DNA of 64,000 nt, from NCBI RefSeq assembly GCF_009914755.1, contig NC_060933.1; one strand, written 5' to 3'. Shown piece by piece: positions 14,461 through 32,917 of this stretch. This DNA is from the human T2T-CHM13v2.0 reference genome, Homo sapiens. The notes under the pieces were generated by a model. That model saw nothing but the letters and a program-made list of their open reading frames with translations, was not told the DNA's origin and made no database searches. How positions within the stretch are numbered: position 1 is the first letter of the stretch; each line of letters starts with the position of its first letter. The position numbers and the translations under genes are program-made.

Positions 14461-17400
14461 TTTTTTTACCCATTGGTTCATTAATGGACACAAGTTGTTT
14501 CTATGTATTGGCTATTGTGTATAATGCTGCAATTAGATGGGAGTGCAGGTATTTTTATGAGATGGTGAGTTCATCTTTGGGTTTAAACTAAGAAAAAGGA
14601 TTGTAGTGTTATACAGTAGTTCTATTTTTAATTTCTTTAGAAATCTCCATACGTTTTCTGTAAAGACTCTACTCATCTACATTTCAATAAACAGTATACT
14701 AGGATTTACTCTCCTTCACACACCCACCAACATTTAACACTTGTCTTTTTGAGAATAGCCATAATAATCTATGTCAGGTGTTATCCCCTAGTAGTTTTAA
14801 CCTGTATTTTCCTGATGATTAGTGAAGTTGGGTACCTTTTTATATATCTGTTGGCCATTTTTATGTCTTCTTTTCAGAAATGTCTGTTCAGGTAATTCTC
14901 CCATTTTTAAATCAGGTTATTTGCTTTTCTGCTATTGAGTTGTAAGACATCTTCATACATTTTGGATATCTATTACTTATCAAATATGTGCTTTGCAAAT
15001 ATTTTTTACCAGCCAGTAGGTTGCCTTTTCATTTTGTTGGTTGTTTCCTTGGCAGTACAAAGTGTTTAACATTTGACGTAGTCCTATTTATTTATTTATT
15101 CTACTTTTGTTTCTTGAGCTTTTGGTGTAACATCCACAAAACCTTGCCAAAGACAATGTCGAGAAGCTTTTCACCTGTTCTCGTTTAGATGTTTTAGCAT
15201 TTCAACTTTTACATTTAGGTCTTTTAACCATTTTGAGTTGATACTTGTGTTGGTCCTATAAAGATAAAATAAAGGTCAAATTTTATTCTTTTGTATGTGG
15301 AAATCCAGTTTTATCACTACCACTTATTGAAGAGACTATCCATTTCTTATTGTATCCCCTTAATGTCTTTGCTAAACACTAGTGGATCATTTATGTTTGG
15401 ATTTATTGAAGGATTCTCTATTCCATTCACCTGTTTCCATTTTTATGCCAAAAAACTGTTTTTATTATTATAGGCTTGTAATATTAATATTAAATCAGGA
15501 AGTGTGATGCTTCCAACTTTGTTTTTATTTCTCAGTATTGCTTTGGCTATTTAGCTATTTGGCTTTTTATGGTTCCATACAATTTGGAATTATTTTCATT
15601 TTTCTATTAAGAATACCATTAGAATTTGGAGAAGAATTGCATTTAGTCTGTATATTGCTTAGGGTAATTTGGTTATTTTACCAATATTAATTATTCTGAT
15701 TTATGAACATGAGCTATCTTTCCATTTATTTGTGACTTTAATTTCTTTTATTAATAATTTATTATTTTCAGCATGCCAATGTTTTTACCTGTTTGTTTAC
15801 ATTTATTCCTTTTTTTTGGACGCTATCATCAATCATTTTCTTGATTTCCTATTTTAACTAGTTGTTATCTGTGCATATAAATATGACTGATTTTTATATG
15901 TTGATTTTGTATTCTGCAATTGTAGTGAATTTATTTATTAATTCAAATAATTTCTTGTGGATTATGGGGGTTTCCTGCATATAGGACTACATGATCTGCA
16001 AACAGGGATAATTTTACTTTACAATTTCCTATTTGGATGTCTTTTATTTATTTATTTTGTCTGATGCTAGTACTTTTCAGTACTGTATTTACTAGAAGTG
16101 GCAAGAGTGGGCATTCCTGCCTTCTACTGATTCAGTGGAAAAGCTTTCAGGTTTTCTGTTGATTATTATATTACCTGTTGGTTTTTCATAAATGGCTTTT
16201 ATTATGTGGGGGATCTTTCCTTCTGTTCGTAAACTGTTCAGAATTTTTGCCAAGAAGGGAGCTGAACTTAGTCAAATGCTTTTTTGTGTGTCAATTTAGA
16301 TAATCATGTGGTTTTAATCTTTCATTCTGTTAATACAGCACATTGATTGATTTGCATATGATAAACCAGACTTGAATGCTAGGGATAAATGCCACTTGGT
16401 CATAACATATAATCTTTTTAACATGTTGTTGAGTTTGGTTTGCTAATATTTTATTGACAATTTTTGCATCAATATTTATCAGAGATTAGGCCTATAGTTT
16501 TTGTTTTTGCTTTTTTGTTTTTTTTCTTACAGTATCTTTTGCTTAGGTATCAAGGTGATATGGTCTTCTAAAATGTGTTTGGGAATATTTCCTCTAGCTC
16601 ATGTGGAAGGGTTTAAGATTGGTAATAATTCTTCTTTGAATGTTTGGTAGAATTCATTCATAAAGCCATCAGTCCTAGGCTTTTCTTTTTTGGAAGGTTT
16701 TTAATTACTTTTTAAATCACTTTATTTGTTATTGTTCTGTTTATAGTTTCTATTTCTATTCAATATTGGTAGGTTATATTTTTCTAGGGATTTACTTATT
16801 TCCTCTAGGTTATCCAATTCTTGGCAATTAATTCATAATAGTACCTTATGATTTTTTTTTAATTTTGAAGGCATCTGTTGTAATATCTCACATTCATTTT
16901 AATTTATTTAAGTCTTCCCTCATTTTATCTTAGATATTCTAGTGAGAAGTTTTTCAATTTTATTTTTTAAAATAAACAACTCAGTTTTATTGATATTTCT
17001 ATATCATTTTCTGTCTTTATTTGATATTTGTTCTAATTTTTAATGTTTCCTTTCTTCTGCTAACTTTGGGTTTAGTTTTTCTTTCTCTTTTCTAACTTTT
17101 CTAGAAGCATAATGTTAAGCTTTTTCTTTGAAATATTTCTTCTTTTTAAGGTAGTCATTTATTGCTGAAAACTGCACTCTTAGAACTGCTTTTGTTATAT
17201 CCTATAGATTTTGGTATGTTGTGTTTCCATTGTTATTTGTCTCAATTTACATTTATTTGCCATTTTGATGTTTTCTTTGATCCATTGGTTGCGCAAGAGC
17301 ATGTAGTTTAATTTTCATATATGTGGTAATTTTCCAAAATTTCTCCTGCTACTGACTTCTAGTTTCACACAATTTTAGTTAAAAAAATGCTAGATTTCAT

Positions 17401-18365
17401 TTCAGATTTCTTGAATTTGTTAATACTTGTTTTGTGGCCTAACATAAGGTCTAACATGGAAAATTTTCATGTATGCTAGAGGAGAATATATATTCTGCTG
17501 TTGTTAGATGGACAGTTTTATATATGTCTGGTCCATTTGGTCTAAAGTGCAATTAAATCGAATATTTTCTTGTTAATTTTATGTCTTGTTATTCTATCCA
17601 TTGCTAAAAGTGGAGCATTTAAGTTCCCTATTATTATTGTATTGCTATCTGTTTCTTCCTTTATATTTACTAATATTTACTTGATATATTTCTGTGCTCT
17701 GATGTTGGGTGTGTAAATATTTACTCTTGATATGTCCTCTTGATGAATGGACACATTTGTCATTAAATAATGAACTTCTTTGATTTAGTAATAGTTTAAA
17801 ATTTGAATTCTATTATATCTGCTATAATTATAGTCATCCCTTCTTTTTTTGGTTACTATTTGCATGGAATATTCTCCTCCATCCCTTTACTTTCAGCCTA
17901 TGTGTGTCCTTAAACTAAGATGGTTCTGTTGTAGGCAGCATACAGTACAATCATATTTTCTTTAAATCCATTCAACTACTCTGTGTCTTTTGATTGGAAA
18001 GTTTAATCCATTTGCATTAAAAAGGATTATTGATAGGTAAGGAATTATTCCTGCCATTTTGATAATTGTCTCTGATTGTTTTTACTTTTTCTTTATTCCT
18101 CTATGTTGTATACCTATGTAATTTAGTGATTTTCTGTAGTGCTAAGCTTTGCTTTCTTTCTCTTTCTTATTTGTGCATTTGCTGTAGTTCTACTTGCTTT
18201 GGGGCTAACATAAGACTTACATAAAATACAGTTATAAAAGATTATTTTAAGCTGATAACAAATTAACTTTGATCACATGCAAATACTTTAGACTTTTACC
18301 CAGTCCTTCACAATTTTTATTTTTGTTGTCTGTCAGAATTCACAACTGTTTGAATTGTGTATTCC
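14460..18365 (-). mobile_element. Old L1M (L1MA/L1MB-like), ORF2 to inter-ORF; host element, part 1
   Basis: Continuous degenerate antisense ORF2, e.g. 'atgatctgcaaacagggataattttactt' (RT FADD region) and 'aagttccctattattattgtattg' (EN region). Confidence 0.9.
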
Positions 18366-22758
<4,393 letters not shown>

Positions 22759-23233
22759 TCTTTTGAACTTACTGTAGCTGTAGTTATTTATGACCATTTT
22801 GACTTTTGACCTTACACTAGATATTTGAAAGATTTACACACCACCCTTACAGTAATGAAGTATTCCAAATTTGATTATAAGTTTACCTCTGCCAGTGAAT
22901 TTTTCACCTTTTTTAATGTTTTCTTGACAATAATTATTATCTTTTCATTTTCCATTGAAGCACTCCCTTTAGCATTTCTTATAAGGCAAAACTTGTGGTG
23001 ATAAATTTTCACAGCTTTTGCTTGCTGGAAAATATTTTTTTTTTCAGTTGTGAAAGGCAGATTTGCTGGGTAAAGTTAGAATTTTTGACTGGGAGTTTTT
23101 TTGTACTTTTTATCAGCACCTTGAATATATCATCTTATTTTCTCCTGGCCTTCATGGTTTCCACTATGAAATCTGCTGATAGTTTTAAAGAGATTTTCTT
23201 GTATGTCACTTGACACTTTCTATTTCTGCTTTT
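22759..23233 (-). mobile_element. Old L1M host element, part 2 (inter-ORF and ORF1 3' end)
   Basis: Resumes after the L1PA TSD and is colinear with the homologous region at 28150-28620 ('aatctgctgatagt...'). Confidence 0.8.
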
Positions 23234-26200
23234 ATTTATTAATGAAAATTTTATGTTTAATCGAAATGTAATATGGGTATATATTTATGAGATACACTAT
23301 GTTGTTTTGATATATGTATAAATTTTATAATGATCAAGTCAGTGTAATTAACAAATCCATCACCTCAAACACATTATTTTTGTTGTGAGAATATTCAGAA
23401 TGCTCTCTTCTATGTATTTTGATAAATATACTAAATTATTGTTAAATACAGTTATTCTACTGTGCACCCGAACTTATTCCTTCTATGTAAGAGTAAATTT
23501 GAACACATTGACCAACCTCTAACCTCCACCCCCACCATTCCCAGCCTCTAAGTAACCACTTTTCTAATTTCTATTTTAATAAAACATTTTTTTTTAGATT
23601 CCACGTATGAGCGAGTTCATGTGGTTGACTTATTTTACTTAACATGTTGTCGTCTGGGTTCCTCCATGTTGTCACTTATGACAGGATTTATTTTATAACT
23701 TAATTTATCCATTCACCCATTGATGGACTTAGGTTGACTCAGTATCTTGGCTATGATGAATAATATTGCAATAGAAATAGAAGGGCAGATAAGCTCTATG
23801 ATACATCAATTTCATTATATATATATATATATATATAAAGAATAGTGAGACTGTTGAATTATATGGTAATTCTATTTTTAATTTTTTGAGGAATCTTCAT
23901 ACTGTTTTCAGTAATCGCCATACTAATTTACATTTTCACCAACAGTAAGTACCCAAGTTATATTTCATTTTTGTCCAAATCCTCATCACATGTTATCTTT
24001 TTTTCTCTTTGGTAATAGCCATTCTAACTATAATTATGTGTATCTCATTGTGGTTTTGATATAAGTTTTTCTGATGATTAGAGGCTGAGCATTTTTTAAT
24101 ATAACTGTTTGCCACTTGTATATCTTCAGTTGCAAATGTCCATTTAGATCATTTGCCCTATTTTTAATCAAACTTTTTGATTTTTTTTGCTAATGAGTTT
24201 TTATTTTATCATATAGCCTGCATATTAACCCTATTTCTGATGTAAAGTCTGCAAATATTTTCTTCTATTCTGTAAGTGGCCTCTTCCCTCTGTTGATTGT
24301 TTCCTTTTGTATTCAGAGCTTATAAGTTTCATATAACCCCATTTGTCTATTTTTGCTTTTGTTCTTTGTGCTTTTGAAGTCTTTTCAAAATAATTTTTGC
24401 AGGGACCAATGTCATGAAGTGTTTTTCCCTGTTTTCTTCTGGTATTTTTATAGTGTTGGGTTTTATATTTAAGTATTTAATTTATTTTGAGTTGATTTTT
24501 TTTAACTGGGCAAGAGATAGAATCTAATTTGATTCTTCTGCATGTGGATACCAATTTTCCCAGCACCACTTATTGAAAAAACTGTATTTCCTCAATCTGC
24601 ATTTTTGTTCCCTTTGCCAAAAGTCTATTGGCTGTATATATTTGTATTTATTTCTGGAATCTTTATTCTTTTCCATTGGTCTTTGTGTCTGTTTTTATGC
24701 CAGTACCATGATGTTTTCATTAGTATAGCTTTTTAATATATTTTTAATTGAGATGGCATTATGGCTCCAGCTTTGTTTTGTATTATTTTTGCTCAATATG
24801 GCTTCAACTGTTTATGGTCTTTTGTGATTCCCAACAACTTTAGGACCGTTTTTTAGTTTTCTATTTCTGAGAATAATATCATTGAGATTTTTGTAGAGAT
24901 TACACTGAATATGTAGATTGCTTTGGATAGTATGGACATTTTAACAATATTAATTATTCCAATTCATGAACACAGGATATCTTTCCGTTTATTTGTGGTT
25001 TTTTCTATTTCTTTCTTTTGCATTTTATAGTTTTCAGTGTAGAGATCTTTCACCTCATTGGTTAAATTTATTCTTTGATATCTTAAATATTTTTAGCTAT
25101 TGTAAATGTAATTGTTTTCCTGATTTTTTTTATCATAGTTTATTATTTGCGTGTAGATATGCTTCTGATTTGTGTGTGTTGATTGTGTATTCTGTAACTT
25201 TACTGAATTTACTGTTAGTTCTTACAGTTTTTGGTAGAGTCTTTAGGGTTTTCTACATATAATAATATGCTCTGCAAATAAGGACAATTTGACTTTCTCA
25301 TTTCATATTTGAAAGCCTTTTATTTATTTGTCTTTGTTAAATGATCTAGCTAAGACTTCCAGTACTAGATTGAATAGAAGCGATGATAGTGCACATTTTT
25401 AATTTTTTTTTCCAGATCTCACCAAATAATATTTCAACTTTTTTCTGTTATAGTATGAGGTTAGTTGTGGGTTTGTCATATATGGGATTTATTCTGTTGA
25501 GGTATGTACTTTCTATGTCTAATTTGTTTAGAGTTCTACCATAAAGGAATTTTTATCAATTGTGTTTTCTGCACCTATTGACATAATCATAAGGTTTTAT
25601 TAATGCATGGATTACATTTATTGATTTGTGTATATTGCACTATACTTGCATCCCTGGGATAAATCCCGCTAGAGCATAGCGAATGAGATTTTAAATGTGT
25701 GTTGAATTTGTTTGCTAGTATTTTGTTGAGGATTATTTAACCTATTTTTATTAGTGATAGTGACATATAGTTTTATTTTATTGTGTGTCTTTTTCTAGTT
25801 TTGGTGTGAGGATAATGCTTACATAATAGAATGAATTTGAAAAATTTCCTTCTTCCTAAATTTTTTGGAATATTTTGAAAGAAATTAAGTGTTTGGTAAC
25901 ATTTAGCAGTGAAGTAATCAGGTCCTGGGCTTTTTTTTCATAGGATACTTTTTATTATTGATTCCATCTCATTACTCATTATTGGTCTGATATAATTTGG
26001 TTATTTTTCTCCTCGAAATCTCATGTTGATATGTGATTCCTAATGTTGGAAGTGGGGCCTGGTAGAATGCTTTTTTTTACATGGGGAAGATTCCTCAAGG
26101 ATGGATTGGTGCCCTTTAATTGTAATGAGTCAGTCTCACTCTATTAGCTCCCATGAGATCAGATGTTTAAAAGAGTCTGACACCTCTTTCTTTCTCTCAC

Positions 26201-28890
26201 TTGCTACCTGTCTTCCCATGAGTAAAAGCTTCCAGAGGCCCACACCAGAAGCAGACACTGTTGCCATGCATCTTGTACAATTTGCAGAACTGCGAGCCAA
26301 ATAAACTTCTCTTTACAAATTACCCAGCCTCAGGTTTTTCTTTATAACAATGCAAAACTAACTAAAACTTGCTCTGTTCAGATTTTCTGTTTTTCCATGA
26401 TTCAATATGCATTGGTTGTACATTTCAAAAAAAAATGTATTCTAAGTTTTCTAATTTATTGACATACAGTTGATTGTATCTTTATGATCTGTTGTATTTC
26501 TGTTATCAGTTATCATGTCTGTTTTTTGTTTCTAATTCTATTCATTTGAGCCTTCTTTCTTTTATCTTATTTGACTGATTAAAGTTTTATCAGTTTTATC
26601 TTTTTTTAAAAAAAACTTTTATCAATCTTTTGTAATTTTATAGTCTCTATTTTGTTTACTTCTATTGGCTTTTACTATTTATTTTCGTATAATTTCAGAT
26701 TTAATTTGTTTTCACTTATCTGGTTCCTTGAAGTATAGTATTATGTTGTTTATATGAAATATTTTCTCTTTATTGAGACAGGGGTTTATTGCTATAAATT
26801 TCCCTCTGAGTAGTGTCTTTGTTGTATCCCATAGATTTTGATATGTTATGCTTCCATTTTAATTTGTTTCTGTTTTTTTAAATTTCCCTTTCAATGTGTT
26901 CGCTAACTCAGTCATTGCCTAAGAGCATATTATTTAACTTCTGTGTATTTGAATAGTTTCGGAGCATCCTTCTGTTTTTAAGTTCTACTTTTATAACATT
27001 TTGGTTGGAAATAAAATTCGATATGCTTTTAATTTAAAAAATTTATTAAGACTTATTGTGTGGCGTATCCTGGAGAATGTTTTGTATGCACTAGAGAAGA
27101 GTGTGCATTCTGCTGCTGTTGGATTGACAGCATCTGTCTATATATATATATGTGTATATATATATATGCACATATACATACAGAGATATATGTTTATATA
27201 TAAACATATGTGTGTGTATTCTATTATATATAATGTTCCTTCTGTACTAGAGAAGAATGCATATTCTGCTGCTGTTGAATAGACAGCATCTGTCTAGATA
27301 GATAGATACAGATATACAGATGTAAATATATCTGTTAGGTCCATTTGGCTTAACATTCAGTTCTGTTCCACTTCTTCCTTATCCATTTTCTGTCTGGTTT
27401 ATCTGTTATTGAAAGTGGTATATGAAGTTCTCTAATTGTATTGCTATCTATTTTTCTCTTCATGTTCATTAATATTTGCTTTATATACTCAGGTGCTTCA
27501 GTGTTGGGTGCAATATATATTTACAATTGATATGACTTCTCATTGAATTGTGCCCTTTATCATAAAATAATACTCTTCTGTGTCACTTTTGACAGTTTCT
27601 AACTTGAAGTCTATTTGACTTTTCGTATAAGTATAGCCACTTCTGCTCTCTTTTGGTTACCATTTGAATGAAATACCTTCCTTTGCTTTTTAACTTTCAG
27701 TTTATGTGTGTGTTTAAAGTGGATCTCTTCTAAGCAGCATAGCTGGATCTTATTTTCTTTTTAATCTTTATCTACTCTCTTTTTTGATTGGAGAATTTAA
27801 TGTATTTTCAATCAAAGTAATTATTTATAGGCAAGAAATTGCTACATTTTGTTAGTTGTGTTTATTTTGGTTTATTTTGTAGCTCATCTGTTCTTTCCTC
27901 TTTTATTGTATATCTTTGATTTGGTGATTTTCTTTAGCATGATTTTTTGTATTTCTTTTTCTTTATAATTTGTATATCTACTACAGTTTGGCTTTGTGTT
28001 TACCGTGAAGATTACATAAAACATCTTATAGTTGTAATAGACTATAGACTGCTAACAACTTCAGTCACATTAAAAATGTCTGTACTTTTACCCTACCCAC
28101 CAATAATTTACATTTTTGATGTCACAATTTACATCTATTTAAATTATGTATTTCTTAACAACTTATTGTAACTACTATTATTCTTGACTATTTTGACTTT
28201 TAAACTTTATAATAGAGAAATATATTATTTACAGAGCACCATAACAGTCTTGGGATATTTTAAGTTTGACTATATATTTACCAGCAAATTTTATGTTTAC
28301 ATGTGTTTTCATGTTAATCATTAGCATTCTTTGTTTCTACTTGAAAAACTTCTTTAAGCATTTTTTGCAGGGTAGGGTCTGTTGGCAATGTATTACCTAA
28401 ACTTTTGCTTGTGTGAGACAGACTTTACTTCACATTCATTTTTGAAGAACAGCTTTTCTGGGTATAGTATTTTAGACTGATAGTTAGCTTTTATTTTCTT
28501 TCAGCACTTTGAATATGTTATCTCATTTTCCTCTGGCATGCAGGGTTTCTGCTGAGAAATCTGCTGATAGTCTTATGGGGATTTCCGTATTTGTAACTTG
28601 ATGCTTTTTTCTTGCTGTTTTTAAAATTCTCTGTAATTGACTTTCGACAGTGTATTATAATGTGCCTCATTAAGATCATTTTTGATTTCAACGTGTTTGG
28701 GGACCTTTAAGCTTCAAAGATCTGGATGTCTCTATGCCTCCTAAGACTTGAAAAGTTTTCTGTAATTATTTCATTAAATAAGCTTCTTATGCCATTCTGC
28801 ATATTTTCTTCCTCTTGAAATTTCTTAATGTAAAAATTTGTTTGCTTAACAGTATTCAATAATTTTTATAGGCTTTCTTTACCATTTTAA
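23234..28890 (-). mobile_element. L1MA (L1MA6-8-like), 3'UTR through ORF2 into ORF1
   Basis: 3'UTR 'aatgatcaagtcagtgtaattaacaaatccatcacctcaaac', then degenerate antisense ORF2 and ORF1 ('gggtttctgctgagaaatctgctgatagtc'). Confidence 0.9.
25988..26369 (+). mobile_element. MST (MSTB-like) MaLR solo LTR inserted in L1MA
   Basis: 'tgatataatttgg...aaatctcatgttg...gagccaaataaac...aattacccagcctcagg...ctaaaac'; 5-bp TSD tggtc/tgctc splitting L1 'attggtc|tgttcagattttc'. Confidence 0.9.
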
Positions 28891-29245
28891 ACCTTTTGGA
28901 TTTTAAATGATGTGAATTAGTGTTTTTTTTAAAATTGTTGGTAATCTCTACATTTCTATGCAGGCTAAAATATTTTAATAATTGGCTTTCTACCTTGTAA
29001 TAGTGAATTCTATTATTCATTTTGGCTAACTGACTTAAGAACTGTCTGTGGAAACCATGGGACTGTTTATTGCTGTCGCCTGTTCTGTGTCAGGTCAGGT
29101 TCAAGGAAGCATAAACTTAGTTCAGGTCAAGGTTACAAAGGTAAGGGGAGAGGATGGAATAACACTGCAGTGAGAAGCATGGTTAAAAAAGATTTTACCT
29201 TTCTTAGAGAAGAGAAGAGTTTAATTTTTATTTAATTTTTATTAG

Positions 29246-29380
29246 GTCCTCATTTTATAGTTGAGGAAACTGAAGTTCATAGACCATATTTGATGACTCC
29301 AGATCACTCAGCTTCCTATGTAAAAGAAATACCCTAGGAATCTGGAGCTTCCATCTTTCATATCCAGCCTATTGCACTGT
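29246..29380 (-). mobile_element. MIR fragment
   Basis: Core motif 'cctcattttatagttgaggaaactgaag'. Confidence 0.65.
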
Positions 29381-30769
29381 GGGGTTGGGTTCATTTTAAA
29401 TGATTTTATAACTCAATAGGTGTATAAGCCTGATTAGAATCATGTGTGTATGATGATTTACCCTTGCAATATGTTTCGCTTAGTAGTTTTAGCTAGTCCT
29501 CAACTTCCAAATACAGTCGTTAAAATTGCCTTGGTCTTCCTTATATTAACATTAATATTTTCTAGATGAAGGCACTAGTTTCAAAAAGATTCAGTGAATT
29601 GCTCAGAGGATAACTTAGGACCTAAAATTAGCTCACTTGAATTCTAAGCCTATAACTGGGCCACTATACAAAATTACATAATCCTTGTTACAATCATATT
29701 GTTAGAAATGTCTTTCTGCATTTTATAAGCTTCTCTGGAAATCATGTTATTATTCTTTCACCATTACAGGAGTACAATTGTCAAAGCAGTATAATTTATG
29801 ATTATTATTATTTCTGTAGTGTCTGCAAAAGTATATTTAATCCATGAAGACCTAAATCTTGATGCTATAAATTTGGAGAGGATGTAAAGCGAGGCTGATA
29901 TTTATCTTTGATTGTGATTGTGCACTTTCGTTAATTTGAATTTCACCAATTCACACTTCAGAGTAATTTAGTTAGGGTATTTGCTATACTATAATAAAAT
30001 CGCCTGAGCTTTGACTTATATGTAATTAAATGGTAGGAAAATTAATACTTGCTTTTAATATACTGAAATTGCTAAAAGAACGTAAGGGATGCTTTCAGGT
30101 GTCCAAGCACTCTAGAAATCATTTACATACAAGCAATTGACGTGCTAATTTCAACTCATTCTTATCTATTCATTGAAGCTAGTAAGGTTCAGAACATGAG
30201 TGCTTTCTTAGGCTAATTCCAATTACAGTACATAACAGAGAGTATTGAAAATGTGTCTTGTTAAAATAGTTGTATAATTTGGACCTTTGACTAAGGGAAA
30301 CTAATCCAGATTAATGAATTTTCTATAGTAATGAAAAACTTTATGCTCTCTGATAAATAAAAGAGAAACTATCCTGGTTTTAGTTTCTATTCTCAGGACT
30401 AATTGCTTATTTAATCAAGAATTTTTGCCTTGGTTATAATTTTAATTATTCAATGAATATAGATTTGCATTTTTAGAAGTATATAGAAAATTAACAATTT
30501 TTAATTTTAAAACGCGAGGGCCAGGCAAAGAATATATGCAATAACAGCCAATTCAGGATGTCTGGTTAAGAATTCAAATAATCTAAGAAAAAAATGAGTA
30601 AATATTAGTACAAGTCAAATCATGAATTTGAAATTATATCTGGTAAACTATTGATATGCAAGTATGTTAGAAGTCATCAGAGAAAGGGCCAATGAATCAA
30701 GTATTTGCAAGTTGGAGGGAGACTAGAGGATGCGTGAGTTACTAAAAAGCTATTATGAAAAAATATGGT

Positions 30770-30960
30770 ATTGAGTCAAGAAAAAGACCTAGGGTTCAAG
30801 TTTTAACACTGCCACTTAACAATTATGTGGTTTTCTGCAAATTAACTTTGTGGCACTTCTATTTCCTTCTCTGCAGAAACGCTGAGTATAATACCTGCAT
30901 TCTCCACTCCTGTGAGTTTACTATGAATATTAAAAAATACCAATGCATTCTTAAAATTTT
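30770..30960 (+). mobile_element. MIR
   Basis: 'agacctagggttcaagttttaacactgccacttaacaattatgtg...ctatttccttctctgcagaa...ataatacctg'. Confidence 0.7.
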
Positions 30961-31554
30961 CTATAAATATAAGGTCTGTAATAGTTTAAAAGATAGCCTA
31001 TTAAATGACTAATTTGACCTAGAAAAATTCTGGGTTTGGTGATTTTAAAGAAGTTAGGAAAGACCACTTTGTTCTCCCCATGCTAGCTGAGAGCTCTCCA
31101 TTCTTCACTAACAGAAAATCTGTCAAATAAGAGATTCTGACCAAGAGTGCTAGAAAAATGTGTGATGGAATGGCACTGAAAATAGTGGAGCCCAAGGCAA
31201 AAGCATGATCGCATTAATTGGCAGCCCGCTGGCCCCTAAAAATGTACTGCAGCACTGGAGAGGCAATTGTCAATACAAAGGCTGCAAGAACAAGTATTTT
31301 CTCTTCATTATGGTATTAGAGTTTATACATAAAGTCATCTGAAAATTAACATTGATTTTATCATTGAGCTTCAATCCTCTGTCACTTAAAGTATATTCAT
31401 TTGATCCCTTTTGTTCTAGACCGACTTGATTGTCTAAGCCCCAAGGAAAAGAAACATTGGTTTGTTCCTTTTAGGTTTTTTTTTTTTTTTCAGTAGACAC
31501 TAGTCAAGTTTCAGAAATAACACTAAGATAAATTATTTAAAAATTACTACTGGA

Positions 31555-32420
<866 letters not shown>

Positions 32421-32507
32421 TGACTTTAACTAGAAATAGAAATTTAGGAAAAAAATTATGGTAGAATTTTTTCTTGATTTGTAGTTTTTGTCATGATTCC
32501 TATTAAT

Positions 32508-32912
32508 GTTCAGCAAGATAATATAACAATTGTAAATATACATGAACCCAACACTGGAGCACAGAGATATCTGAAGCAAATATTACTAGAGCTAAAGAGA
32601 AATAATGATAACAATATAATAAAAGCTGCAGATTTCAACATGCCACTTTTAAGATTAGAAAGATAATCCAGTCAGAAAATCAACAAAGAAACATCATGCT
32701 TATCACTATGCACAAATAGATCTAATAGATATTTGCAGAACATTTTATTCAATGGCTACAGAATATACATTCTCAAAGATAAACCATTTGTTAGGCTATA
32801 AAATAAGCCTTTAAAAAATTAAATTATATCAGGTATCTTCTCTGACCACAATTGAATAAAACTAGAATTAATAAAAAGAGGAACTCTGGAAACTATACAA
32901 ACACACAGAAAT
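32508..32912 (+). mobile_element. L1MA-type ORF2 endonuclease fragment
   Basis: 'cagcaagataatataacaattgtaaatatacatgaacccaacactggagcac...tctctgaccacaattgaataaaactagaa'. Confidence 0.85.
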
Positions 32913-32917
32913 ACATA

